Source of the DNA: a virus
Taxonomy: Duplodnaviria; Caudoviricetes
Virus record (IMG/VR): IMGVR_UViG_3300038674_000868
Span: 1-33,861 of that record
Reading direction: 5' to 3' (one strand)
DNA: 33,861 nucleotides
In this document: piece after piece, positions 25,670-33,861 of the stretch
How positions within the stretch are numbered: the stretch's first letter is position 1
How the letters are laid out: the number at the start of each line of letters is the position of its first letter
Translations under genes and position numbers: made by a program
The notes under the pieces: model-generated
Told to the model about the DNA's origin: nothing
The model's database searches: none
The model's input: the letters and a program-made list of their open reading frames with translations, nothing else

Positions 25670-26252
25670 TCGCCATGCAATTTTGGAATCCGGCCGCTAA
25701 GAAATATTCACGGATTCGGTTCATGGCACGACTGATAGTCGAACGGGAAACCCCCAGGCGAGAAGCCGCTTGTGCGGGTGAATACGTCTTGAGAAGATTG
25801 GCGATTTGACGCAGACGTGATGGCATTTTATCCACCACGGTGTTTACATCTATCGGGGTGTCAAAGTCGACTTCATAGGTTGGAATGACGCCGGATTCAT
25901 GGACTTCCACGTAATCCAGCCCAAGCCGGTTTCCCAGAGCAGTCATTTCAGTATAATACTCCCGGCGCAATTCACAGTACCGGTTATTACACACGCCGGA
26001 AACATAAGTTCTCCATGACGACTTGGTGGAATCAAAACGTGTCATAGCTGACAGGATGGCCATCAGAAATTCCTGACGAATATCACAGATAGACATTTTG
26101 CGGAGCGCCAGGAACTTCTTGAGTTTTGCCGTTCGGGTGTTGATTTGCCGGTCGATAAATGCTTCGATACTTTCGGGTGTGTCGATGATACCGGGGTGCT
26201 TGAGGAATGTGTCGGCGATTCGGATGTTGTTGTTCGATTCAATTTTTCTCAT
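25644..26252 (-). CDS. Sigma-70 family (ECF-like) factor
   Basis: Region 2-like DIRQE...FD..KSSW.TY; region 4 HTH SPAQAASRLGVSRSTISR...IRE.F. Confidence 0.82.
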   Translation of the reverse strand: MRKIESNNNIRIADTFLKHPGIIDTPESIEAFIDRQINTRTAKLKKFLALRKMSICDIRQEFLMAILSAMTRFDSTKSSWRTYVSGVCNNRYCELRREYYTEMTALGNRLGLDYVEVHESGVIPTYEVDFDTPIDVNTVVDKMPSRLRQIANLLKTYSPAQAASRLGVSRSTISRAMNRIREYFLAAGFQNCMATQQISPLC

Positions 26253-26387
26253 GTTCTGTTCTCCTGATGGAGGTTGTTAAACCGGCGGGCCACGCGGTCC
26301 GCACAACCTCCAGCGGGTTTGCAGAAAATAGAGAAAAATATTCTTAGATATGATGTAAGTGCTTATTAATACGGGGATTACTGCAAC

Positions 26388-26434
26388 AAAAAACGCATTT
26401 GCATTTGCAGGATATTCCCGCAAATGCAAATGCG
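26388..26434 (-). terminator. Perfect 15-bp inverted repeat plus T6: terminator and/or operator
   Basis: CGCATTTGCATTTGC-11nt-GCAAATGCAAATGCG; followed by TTTTTT on the minus strand. Confidence 0.7.
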
Positions 26435-26462
26435 TATCGTCGCACAGCTATGATTCTATTAT

Positions 26463-27425
26463 TTACAAACGTTTACCGTACTTCTGAATCTCCTCATTGG
26501 AATGACTTATGACGCGTAACTTTTCTAAATAGGGTTCTTTTTTGAATGCCCTGGTAACATCGTGTGGTTTTATGCCTGCCATTCGACCAAGTTCTTGTTT
26601 CTCAAGAATAGGAGCGTCACTTAGCTTGTAACCATGAACTTTTTGACTTTCAATACGGTCGTATTGGCTATTGATGTGTGTGATAAGTATATCTTTGAGT
26701 TTCTGGATATTAGTATCTACCTTTTTCCCTTTTTTGCCGGGCTTATTTGCGAAGTTACCGCGTCCTGTCGGATTTACTTTTTGTGTAAATACCGACAGAC
26801 ACTGCTGCCATTGAGTGGTACATTGTATTTCCGAATCACAATATTCAATTACGTCATCCAGCTGAACGATAATCGATGACTTTCGTTCAATTAAATCACG
26901 TGCTTCCTCAGTACAGTCCTTCATGCTGGTCGTTAACAAAATAAAGGGCCTTTGCGACTGGCAGAGTTCTTTCACGGTCGAAATAAAAGATTGAGGTTTG
27001 GAAATAATCATGTACGCTGAAAATTCCGCCGCTGGCTTGGGTTTATATTTACCCAGCAATATACAGTCAGATGTTTCAGGCATGGCAGCTCTTGCCGGAG
27101 TCAATGAAAGCGCCTCGGTCATCGTTTTTCGCAGCTTATCCATATTCAGACAGTAAAGTGCAATGTCAGGCTTCGTCAGTGGGATGCGAATATCACTGTC
27201 TTCAGGGCAGACTGCAACGATATCACCGTTCTTGTGTTTTACAATAGACAGTTTCAGACCATACGGCTTCGGATGCGGATACGCACTGGCATATTGGCCT
27301 GTGGGGGTGAGCAACGGGCTGACGACCCTAAAACTGTCGCCAACCCGCTGTTTCCACTCGGCCAATACGGCGGTTCTATCATTACGGTTCTCAAGCAACT
27401 GCCAAACCGGTGTTAGCTTTGTCAT
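26463..27425 (-). CDS. Hypothetical protein with C-terminal HTH (320 aa), putative regulator
   Basis: Start at 27425 (GGGAG RBS), overlaps the upstream gene; KQELGRMAGIKPHDVTRAF. Confidence 0.75.
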   Translation of the reverse strand: MTKLTPVWQLLENRNDRTAVLAEWKQRVGDSFRVVSPLLTPTGQYASAYPHPKPYGLKLSIVKHKNGDIVAVCPEDSDIRIPLTKPDIALYCLNMDKLRKTMTEALSLTPARAAMPETSDCILLGKYKPKPAAEFSAYMIISKPQSFISTVKELCQSQRPFILLTTSMKDCTEEARDLIERKSSIIVQLDDVIEYCDSEIQCTTQWQQCLSVFTQKVNPTGRGNFANKPGKKGKKVDTNIQKLKDILITHINSQYDRIESQKVHGYKLSDAPILEKQELGRMAGIKPHDVTRAFKKEPYLEKLRVISHSNEEIQKYGKRL

Positions 27426-28584
27426 CGTTAGACTCCCTGGAAATGATAAATCCTCGTTTTTTGAGCCATACATTGACGATTGTACTGTCAGACTCACGGT
27501 CAAATATGGCAATATTTGGCGGGCGAATACTGACAATTCTTGGTCGAACCGAAGTGGAGAAGGTAATCTTGAAACTGGCCTTGATCAATTTTGCCGATGG
27601 CGGAATACGACGCGACTGGAGTCCAAGTGCACCAAACACATCATTGGCTCTGTGTATTTCGAGATGATACATATTTGAGTCATGACGAAACTGTAATTCA
27701 CAAAGCTTGATATCGTCAATGCCCACAACGTCTGTGCATAAAAGCGAATCGGGACCGTCAAAACGAATCGGATCAAGGGTATATTTTTCACCGCTGTAAT
27801 CGATGTCAAATAGGCAATCATTATTGAATAGATGCTTGCCGAAATACTCACAGTAAGCTTTTTTCTCTCCCTTGGTATTTGCGTGAATTGACAACTCCCC
27901 GATTTGGGGGTTGTACAGAAGGACATCAAATTTTTCAGGCCGGTAAAAAATACTGGCGGATTCACCGTTTTTGAGTGTCCCTTCACGCTTATAAGGCTCG
28001 CCATGACGGACTAAAAACCAGACTAAATCTTCACGCTTAAACACAAATACCTTTGTACCGCGACCTCTCTTTTTGGTCTCGAACCAACCGTTGAGGTCAT
28101 TTTCCAGGTTTGTGATAGTTGAGGGACTTGGCATAGAAAACGGTGGAAGCGTCGAATCAAGCGATAAAAACGAATCGAATTTCTTTGCTTTGCTCATAAA
28201 CCGTTCAGCATGCATGGTTTCCAATATGTGTGGAGAGGCAAGCCAAATAGCCATGGCCAGGTCTGCTGCTGTGGGTTGGGGCAGTGTCGCTGGATCAACT
28301 CCTGCTTCCGACATTTTCTCCATCAAGTCATCATAATACTGCGGCAACGACATTTCATCGATGAAGAATAATGCGTCCATCAATTCCTCTGGCGTGTCTT
28401 CATCCGGCGACAGCAGAATACTGGCCAGATGGTCATAATCATACTGGTCGCCCGCATTCACATCAAAAAACCTGCGTGCAAAGAAAGCGGGATACTTCTG
28501 CAGAAACCGCTTCAACAATGGGTGGGAGATTGCTTTAAGTGTTTCCGGGTTCGAAAAATTCTTGAGTTTGAAATTTGTAGCCAT
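27391..28584 (-). CDS. Hypothetical protein (397 aa) of the immunity region
   Basis: Long ORF, GGAG RBS; no motif recognised. Confidence 0.85.
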   Translation of the reverse strand: MATNFKLKNFSNPETLKAISHPLLKRFLQKYPAFFARRFFDVNAGDQYDYDHLASILLSPDEDTPEELMDALFFIDEMSLPQYYDDLMEKMSEAGVDPATLPQPTAADLAMAIWLASPHILETMHAERFMSKAKKFDSFLSLDSTLPPFSMPSPSTITNLENDLNGWFETKKRGRGTKVFVFKREDLVWFLVRHGEPYKREGTLKNGESASIFYRPEKFDVLLYNPQIGELSIHANTKGEKKAYCEYFGKHLFNNDCLFDIDYSGEKYTLDPIRFDGPDSLLCTDVVGIDDIKLCELQFRHDSNMYHLEIHRANDVFGALGLQSRRIPPSAKLIKASFKITFSTSVRPRIVSIRPPNIAIFDRESDSTIVNVWLKKRGFIISRESNDDKANTGLAVA

Positions 28585-28651
28585 ATTTATGTTTCTCCAA
28601 TTAAACTAAAGTGTCAACTAAACACTAAACGATAGTGTTTAAAAAATTTTA

Positions 28652-29338
28652 TTAAAATAATCCTTTCTCAGGCTCTTTTGTTAAAATGAGATTCATTCCA
28701 ATAAGACGAATCTGCATGGCTTGCCCTGACACATTAAACATCTGGGCTAATTGTTTAGCCACCTTGACCGTCGGTCGGTTATCTTCAGCCAATCCCCATC
28801 GCGATGACAAATCTGATATTTCATCGACCGCAACGTAGGGTTCGAGCGTTCCGAATAGTCCCTTCCACGCATTGTGTATTAATTCCTTAGGCATCAGCAG
28901 GAAACCCGCAAACATATCAGCCTGCCACTCGATTGGCTCTTTGGCCAATTTTGTACGACACATAATCGATGGTTTGGTGTCAGTTTCAAAAAGCCCACCG
29001 CTTCTTTCTGCAATTTGATCCTTGTGAAGGAGCCAATGTCCCAATTCATGCCCAGCGGTAAAACGATATCGTCCCTCTATGGCCGGATGTTCTGTTGGGT
29101 CAAGTGATTGATCGATACGTATTTTACGATTCCCGACCCACGTCGCACCTAACACATCGGGAATAGAAAGTAACGATGCAAGGTCATCAAATCCATAATC
29201 GAGTTGCAGATGTGATTCGATTATTTCTTCGACCGGGATAGGAGGCTTTGTAATTTGGCCATATTTTTGACCATAAGCAACCAGAAGATTAAAAGCGGCA
29301 GTTTCAATTTTATTTTCAGTTAGATATTTAACCTTCAT
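28652..29338 (-). CDS. ImmA/IrrE family zinc metallopeptidase
   Basis: PPIPVEEI, R.RFT.GHELGH, EWQAD.FAG.LLMP, LA..F.VS.QAM.IRL. Confidence 0.95.
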   Translation of the reverse strand: MKVKYLTENKIETAAFNLLVAYGQKYGQITKPPIPVEEIIESHLQLDYGFDDLASLLSIPDVLGATWVGNRKIRIDQSLDPTEHPAIEGRYRFTAGHELGHWLLHKDQIAERSGGLFETDTKPSIMCRTKLAKEPIEWQADMFAGFLLMPKELIHNAWKGLFGTLEPYVAVDEISDLSSRWGLAEDNRPTVKVAKQLAQMFNVSGQAMQIRLIGMNLILTKEPEKGLF

Positions 29339-29360
29339 CCGTGAGCCTTTGTGTATCGTA

Positions 29361-29723
29361 TCATTCCTTTTTCGTGCGAAGTTGTTCGGTTAACTTTTTA
29401 ATTTCGTCCTCCGGAAGGTCGCGGGCAACCCGTAAAAAATCAGCCATCGCTTTGGGTTGCTCAATAATAATCTTCGAGAGGTCGGGGTCCACTTTACCTG
29501 CCAGCGCCAACAATTCATCTGCGTCGGTTCCAAGCAGAGCGGCGATTTTTTTTATCGTGTCCGGCGCGGGTGGGTCAAATTCGCCGTTTTCGACCTTACT
29601 CAGGTACGTGGCACTAATGCCGACAGCCTGGGCGAACTGACGAAGCGAGAACTTAGGGTCAGCTTCTTTCTTGGCTGCCCGCAGGTCTCGAATACGTTTT
29701 CCAAACTCTGGATTTCCCGCCAT
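29361..29723 (-). CDS. XRE-family HTH repressor (ImmR-like)
   Basis: FG.RIR.LR...SLRQFAQAVGISATYLSKVENG; upstream of ImmA. Confidence 0.93.
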   Translation of the reverse strand: MAGNPEFGKRIRDLRAAKKEADPKFSLRQFAQAVGISATYLSKVENGEFDPPAPDTIKKIAALLGTDADELLALAGKVDPDLSKIIIEQPKAMADFLRVARDLPEDEIKKLTEQLRTKKE

Positions 29724-29764
29724 AATTACCTTCTTATAGTAACCATAATAATCACCATTTCTTT

Positions 29765-29804
29765 ACTGTTTAGTAAAACTAAACAGTTCGACATGTTTTG
29801 TCAA
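29765..29804 (-). promoter_or_regulatory. Repressor promoter overlapped by a palindromic operator
   Basis: TTGACA(29804-29799)-17nt-TAGTTT; perfect IR ACTGTTTAGT-AAA-ACTAAACAGT at 29765-29787. Confidence 0.75.
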
Positions 29805-29861
29805 GAACAAGAAATAACAGAAATGCAAAGATAGATGTAAATGCTTGTAATAAATGATTTT

Positions 29862-31202
29862 AGGTTCTCATCCAAAATAGTTGGTAAAAAGTAGTGGACA
29901 TTATGCAGTCTTTCGGTATGTAAGCTTTTGGTCAAAAAGAACTTGCATTTTGAAAGGCAACGCACAATGTCCGGTCTTAGTATAACAGGATATTATCCAT
30001 TTAAGCGAATGAAAATTAGGGAACAAAATATTCATCGTGCCGATACGACCTCGGCGCTGCTCCGCATGATGCCGGACTTGCGTTATCGCCCCCTGTGCCA
30101 CGACTGCGGATCGCCGGCCCAGACGGTTCATTCGCGGGGTCATCGGCGTTATCTGCGGGACCTGAATCTGGCCGATGCCCAGGTCTGGCTGGAGGTGGAA
30201 TACCGGAAAATCTGGTGTCCCGACTGCGGGGGGGTGCGGGTCGAACGACTGGACTTTGCCGATGCGTCCAAACGGGTCACTCATCGGTTGGCCCGGTATG
30301 TGCACGACCTGTGTCAATGGATGACTGTTCAGGACGTAGCCGAGCATTTGGACCTGGACCCCAAGACGGTCAAGGCGATTGATAAGTCCTTTTTGCAGGA
30401 GCAGTTCGGGCAAACGGACGCCGGAAACCTGCGGATTTTGGCGATGGATGAGATTGCCATTCGCAAGGGACATCAGTACATGACGGTGGTGATGGATTAT
30501 TTGACCGGTCGGGTGGTCTGGATGGGTCTCAATCGCAACAAGGAAACGCTGGATCAATTTTTTGCTGAACTGACGGAGACACAAAAACAAGGCATTGAAG
30601 CGGTGGCGATGGATATGTGGGAACCCTTCATTAATCGGGTCCAGCATCACTGTCCAAAGGCCCATATCGTCTTTGACTTTTTTCATGTGGTGCAGGCCTT
30701 CGGAAAAGTGATCGATACGGTTCGTCGGGATGAATACCGCAAGGCCACCCGACAGGACAAGAACGTGCTCAAGGGCAGCCGCTATCTGCTGCTCAGGAAC
30801 GCCGAGAACCTCACGGATGAGCAGGCCAATCGCCTTGAAGAGGTTCTGGCTTTGAATGAAACCCTCAGTGTCCTGTATGTGCTTAAAGACCAGTTGAAAA
30901 TGGTGTATTATTACAGCGACCGCCGGAAAGTCAAAACAACGCTGGACAGCTGGTGTCGCATGGCCGAAACAATAGACCATCCCGATGTGCGGCGGTTTGT
31001 GGGACGTCTGCGGTTCTTTCAATACGGTATCCTGAACCATGCAGATTATCCGATTGGCACCAGCGAACTGGAAGGCGCCAATAATAAAATCAAGGTCATC
31101 AAACGTAAAGCGTATGGGTTTCATGATACCGACTATTTCGTGCTCAAGGTCAAACAGGCCTTCGTGGCTTAATAAAATAACCAACTTTTTGGGAGTTGAA
31201 CC
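29862..31202 (+). mobile_element. ISL3 family insertion sequence (1341 bp)
   Basis: IRs GGTTCTCATCCAAAATAGTTGGT / GGTTCAACTCCCAAAAAGTTGGT (18/23); flanks TGATTTA / TGATTTTA. Confidence 0.92.
29967..31172 (+). CDS. ISL3 transposase
   Basis: Zn finger CHDC/CPDC, MDE, MDMW, FD.FHVV, EG.NNKIKVIKR.AYGF. Confidence 0.96.
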   Translation: MSGLSITGYYPFKRMKIREQNIHRADTTSALLRMMPDLRYRPLCHDCGSPAQTVHSRGHRRYLRDLNLADAQVWLEVEYRKIWCPDCGGVRVERLDFADASKRVTHRLARYVHDLCQWMTVQDVAEHLDLDPKTVKAIDKSFLQEQFGQTDAGNLRILAMDEIAIRKGHQYMTVVMDYLTGRVVWMGLNRNKETLDQFFAELTETQKQGIEAVAMDMWEPFINRVQHHCPKAHIVFDFFHVVQAFGKVIDTVRRDEYRKATRQDKNVLKGSRYLLLRNAENLTDEQANRLEEVLALNETLSVLYVLKDQLKMVYYYSDRRKVKTTLDSWCRMAETIDHPDVRRFVGRLRFFQYGILNHADYPIGTSELEGANNKIKVIKRKAYGFHDTDYFVLKVKQAFVA

Positions 31203-31207
31203 TGATT

Positions 31208-31624
31208 TTATAAGAATATTATTTTTCTACAAAGATTATTCCATAAGACTCTTTGTCCGGGCCAATCGCACTGGGCTACAATCGGCCTCAGATGCCTCTC
31301 CGAAATGGGGTCATGGCCACTGGCAACCGGCGGCAAAAACAGGATTTGTTCCTGAATATCCGGAGCCAAAAGCAGTAAATTCATAATTTGCGTAACCCGG
31401 GCACGGCTAACATGCCCAAGCAAAGCCAGTTCTGCATAGTCAAAAAGACCTTTTGACCGGATAAGATTGTCAAAATGGATAGCCAGCGCCATAAGCCGGG
31501 AAATACGGGGAATGCGTGCGGTCGGCAAATCGCGTATGGGTTCCGGACCGGGTAGGATTTTATGCCGTCCTTTGGCACTGATCGCAAAGTGGATTTTACG
31601 GGTCACTTTCAATGGTTCATTCAT
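31208..31624 (-). CDS. Recombinase-associated HTH protein
   Basis: ATGA-coupled to the recombinase; YAELA..GHVSRARVTQIMNL..LAPDIQE.IL. Confidence 0.8.
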   Translation of the reverse strand: MNEPLKVTRKIHFAISAKGRHKILPGPEPIRDLPTARIPRISRLMALAIHFDNLIRSKGLFDYAELALLGHVSRARVTQIMNLLLLAPDIQEQILFLPPVASGHDPISERHLRPIVAQCDWPGQRVLWNNLCRKIIFL

Positions 31625-33159
31625 ACACACACTTCCTCCTGGGTTAATGTTTTTATTCCTGTGGGATGGAATATGACGGTAACGTTCTGGTTTTGTCCGT
31701 CATATTCCACCTGTTCGACCAGCAGCCGAATCAGCTTAGATTGCTCATGTGGCGTAAGGGATTTCCAAATAGGATCAAACGCCTCTATTGCCCCCGTCAT
31801 CTCGTCGGTATTGACCATCCGACGGCGTGCGGAGATAATTTTCTCATTCAGATTGGTTATGGCTTGCTCTTTCTGATGTATCTCTTCCTTTAATTGGGAA
31901 AGTTTATTTTCTGCCTGAGTATCATACACCGCTTGTGCCGACAATTCACCTAATGACCGCACCATTTGCTTGACTTCGGTTTCCGCCTTTTTAAGCGACA
32001 TCTGATAATTTTCTATGTCGATATGTAATTTCGACTGGGCTTTTTCCAATACTTCGCTTAAGAACAGGTTATCTTTACGCAAGGCCCGTATCTGGCCGAC
32101 CACAAACTCCTCTAATTCCATCGCAGGCAAGGACGGCGAGACACACTTGTCCCACCCGCGTTTTTGAGCATTAATACATACATAATAACGATACCGCTTT
32201 TTATTATTCAAAACGTAATGGTGGCTCATTGCGCAACCACAGTTTTTGCACCGTACCAAGCCCTTGAGCATAGCATTGTATTTATTGCGGTGCGGCCCTC
32301 CGGAGTGGCTGTTCATTTTCAACAACGATTGTACCTGTGAAAACAGGCCCTCGTCTATAATGGCCTGATGTTCACCCTGGTACACATTTTCTTTATGCGG
32401 AACTCTGCCAATGTAGAGAACATTGGTCAGCACCCGCAGAAGTGTCGATTTTGCAAATGGCCTTGGTTTCTTAAGTGTACCGTCCTTGTTTCGTTGAGGT
32501 CGATTGGTCCATTTCTTATCATCAAGCCAGTTTAATGTTGCCATCAACGATGCGGTCTCAAGGTATTTTTCAAATATCTTCCTTACTTTCCCAGCTTCCA
32601 CTGGATTAACCACCAGCCTTGAGCCGCCTACCTCACGCTGAACATCGTACCCCAGTATGGGTCGTCCTCCGGTCCATTTACCCTTACGCCGTGCCCCGGC
32701 AATCTTATCCCGTGTGCGTTCCGAGATGATTTCACGCTCAAACTGGGCAAAAGATAACAGGATATTGAGCGTAAGACGCCCCATTGAAGATGTGGTATTG
32801 AATTGCTGGGTGACCGATACAAACGAGACACCTCGTTTTTCCAGTATCTGCATGATCCTCGCAAAATCCAGAAGTGAACGACTGAGCCGGTCCACCTTAT
32901 AAACCACAATGCAGTCAATTTTGCCGTCTTCTACGTCCGCCAATAACCGCTGGGCCGCTGGACGGTCCAGATTGCCGCCGGTATAACCACCATCATCATA
33001 TCGTTCCGGCAGACACACCCATCCCTCATGTTTCTGGCTTTTGATATATGCCTCGGCCGCATCCCGCTGGGCATCGAGCGAGTTATAGTCCAGCTCAAGA
33101 CCTTCCTCTGTGGACTTGCGGGTATAAATAGCACATCGAATTATTTTCTTTTCGTTCAT
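31621..33159 (-). CDS. Large serine recombinase (integrase)
   Basis: YTRKST catalytic Ser, DRLSRS, FERE..SER, recombinase domain, CKNCG zinc ribbon, coiled coil. Confidence 0.96.
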   Translation of the reverse strand: MNEKKIIRCAIYTRKSTEEGLELDYNSLDAQRDAAEAYIKSQKHEGWVCLPERYDDGGYTGGNLDRPAAQRLLADVEDGKIDCIVVYKVDRLSRSLLDFARIMQILEKRGVSFVSVTQQFNTTSSMGRLTLNILLSFAQFEREIISERTRDKIAGARRKGKWTGGRPILGYDVQREVGGSRLVVNPVEAGKVRKIFEKYLETASLMATLNWLDDKKWTNRPQRNKDGTLKKPRPFAKSTLLRVLTNVLYIGRVPHKENVYQGEHQAIIDEGLFSQVQSLLKMNSHSGGPHRNKYNAMLKGLVRCKNCGCAMSHHYVLNNKKRYRYYVCINAQKRGWDKCVSPSLPAMELEEFVVGQIRALRKDNLFLSEVLEKAQSKLHIDIENYQMSLKKAETEVKQMVRSLGELSAQAVYDTQAENKLSQLKEEIHQKEQAITNLNEKIISARRRMVNTDEMTGAIEAFDPIWKSLTPHEQSKLIRLLVEQVEYDGQNQNVTVIFHPTGIKTLTQEEVCV

Positions 33160-33647
33160 TGGCTACTCCCCTTAGTTAGACCAAAAAAGTGATACCCGTT
33201 CCAATGGCATCCGGTAATCTTGTGTGCTATTGCTGACAAGGAACGGTAGAGTTCGCCATCAAACTCAAAACCGTTGGTCAGGACTTTGACGTAATACATC
33301 TGTCCCTTAAATTTCCTGGGCAGCAATGTACCTGGCATCGGCAACCGTTCATCCTTCTGCACCTTAAATGCCGCCGGAACACTGCGAATACCGGTGGCAC
33401 CTGGCATTTCAAGTTCCCTGGGCGGCAGGATACGCAGGTCGGCTTCACGGGTCAGCTGCCTTGCCCGCTCTTTAGCACGCTCGGATAAATCGCCTTCTGC
33501 CAGTGCCTGGACCCGCCATGCCAACCGTCGAAACAACCACTGGCGATTGCACGAGCGTGTTGGTTCATTGAACAGGTCAATGTGCCTTTGCCGCAGTTGG
33601 GCAACCGTCATTTTTTGTAGTGCCGCTATCTCTTGTTTTGTGTCCAT
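33156..33647 (-). CDS. DUF2924 domain protein
   Basis: RRLAWRVQ....GDL, PGT.L.R.FKG, GFEFDG..YRSLSAIA..ITG.HWNG..FFGL. Confidence 0.92.
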   Translation of the reverse strand: MDTKQEIAALQKMTVAQLRQRHIDLFNEPTRSCNRQWLFRRLAWRVQALAEGDLSERAKERARQLTREADLRILPPRELEMPGATGIRSVPAAFKVQKDERLPMPGTLLPRKFKGQMYYVKVLTNGFEFDGELYRSLSAIAHKITGCHWNGYHFFGLTKGSSQ

Positions 33648-33663
33648 ATTTTCTCCATAAATA

Positions 33664-33861
33664 CTATATTATGGACACACTGAGCCTCGTTTCCGGCGAA
33701 AGCTCAAGGGCTTTTTGTGAAGAATTTGAGAGTTTTTCGGAGAGCGGCTTAATGGCGGGTTCTACCTTCAATATCCCGGACACCAACAAGGCTGCGATTT
33801 CGTTCCGACGTTTTTGTGCCGAGCTGTCAAGACTGGTGCGAGCACGCTTTTTCATACCCAT
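33664..33861 (-). CDS. Small hypothetical protein upstream of DUF2924
   Basis: RRNEIAALL..GI...LE.S.ETRLSV; start lies at the window edge. Confidence 0.55.
   Translation of the reverse strand: MGMKKRARTSLDSSAQKRRNEIAALLVSGILKVEPAIKPLSEKLSNSSQKALELSPETRLSVSII

Larger units (their letters stand above)
1..33861 (-). mobile_element. Temperate tailed phage/prophage region (siphovirus-like), incomplete at least on the tail side
   Basis: Co-oriented integration, immunity, replication, packaging, head and tail modules; no att site identifiable in the window. Confidence 0.95.

Noticed and set aside
28590-28620. TTGACA promoter for the 397-aa gene
   Set aside because: No acceptable -10 at 16-18 nt spacing; kept only as a possible operator region
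29901-31184. 427-aa ORF antisense to the transposase
   Set aside because: In-register shadow of a single GC-rich gene; no coupling to neighbours, unlike the 14696-16840 ORF
1-33861. tRNA, rRNA, att sites, endolysin
   Set aside because: None recognisable by eye; the element boundaries probably lie outside the window

Overview
Most of a temperate, siphovirus-type prophage (or phage contig), encoded almost entirely on the minus strand. Read in transcription order (right to left): DUF2924 / large serine recombinase integration module; an ISL3 insertion; XRE repressor, ImmA/IrrE protease and two unknown proteins; a phage sigma factor; a replication/recombination operon (AAA ATPase, DUF669, RusA, helicase, Prim-Pol) and a repeat-rich putative origin; a lipoprotein; a lambda-cos-like site; ParB-N DNA methyltransferase and a Mom-like enzyme; an inverted (+ strand) island of four small genes plus an AbrB/Doc toxin-antitoxin pair; then terminase, portal, protease-capsid fusion, neck and tail genes to the tape measure. 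The gene set resembles prophages of Planctomycetota (inference from memory, not a database result). Notable points: (1) a 714-codon antisense ORF, with its own RBS and coupled at both ends, spanning the whole inverted island; (2) a three-copy ~54-nt element at junctions of the late operon; (3) a two-copy promoter probably read by the phage sigma factor; (4) a signal-peptide/LamG/tail-terminator fusion; (5) a -1 frameshift site in the tail chaperone and a probable CTG start for RusA.
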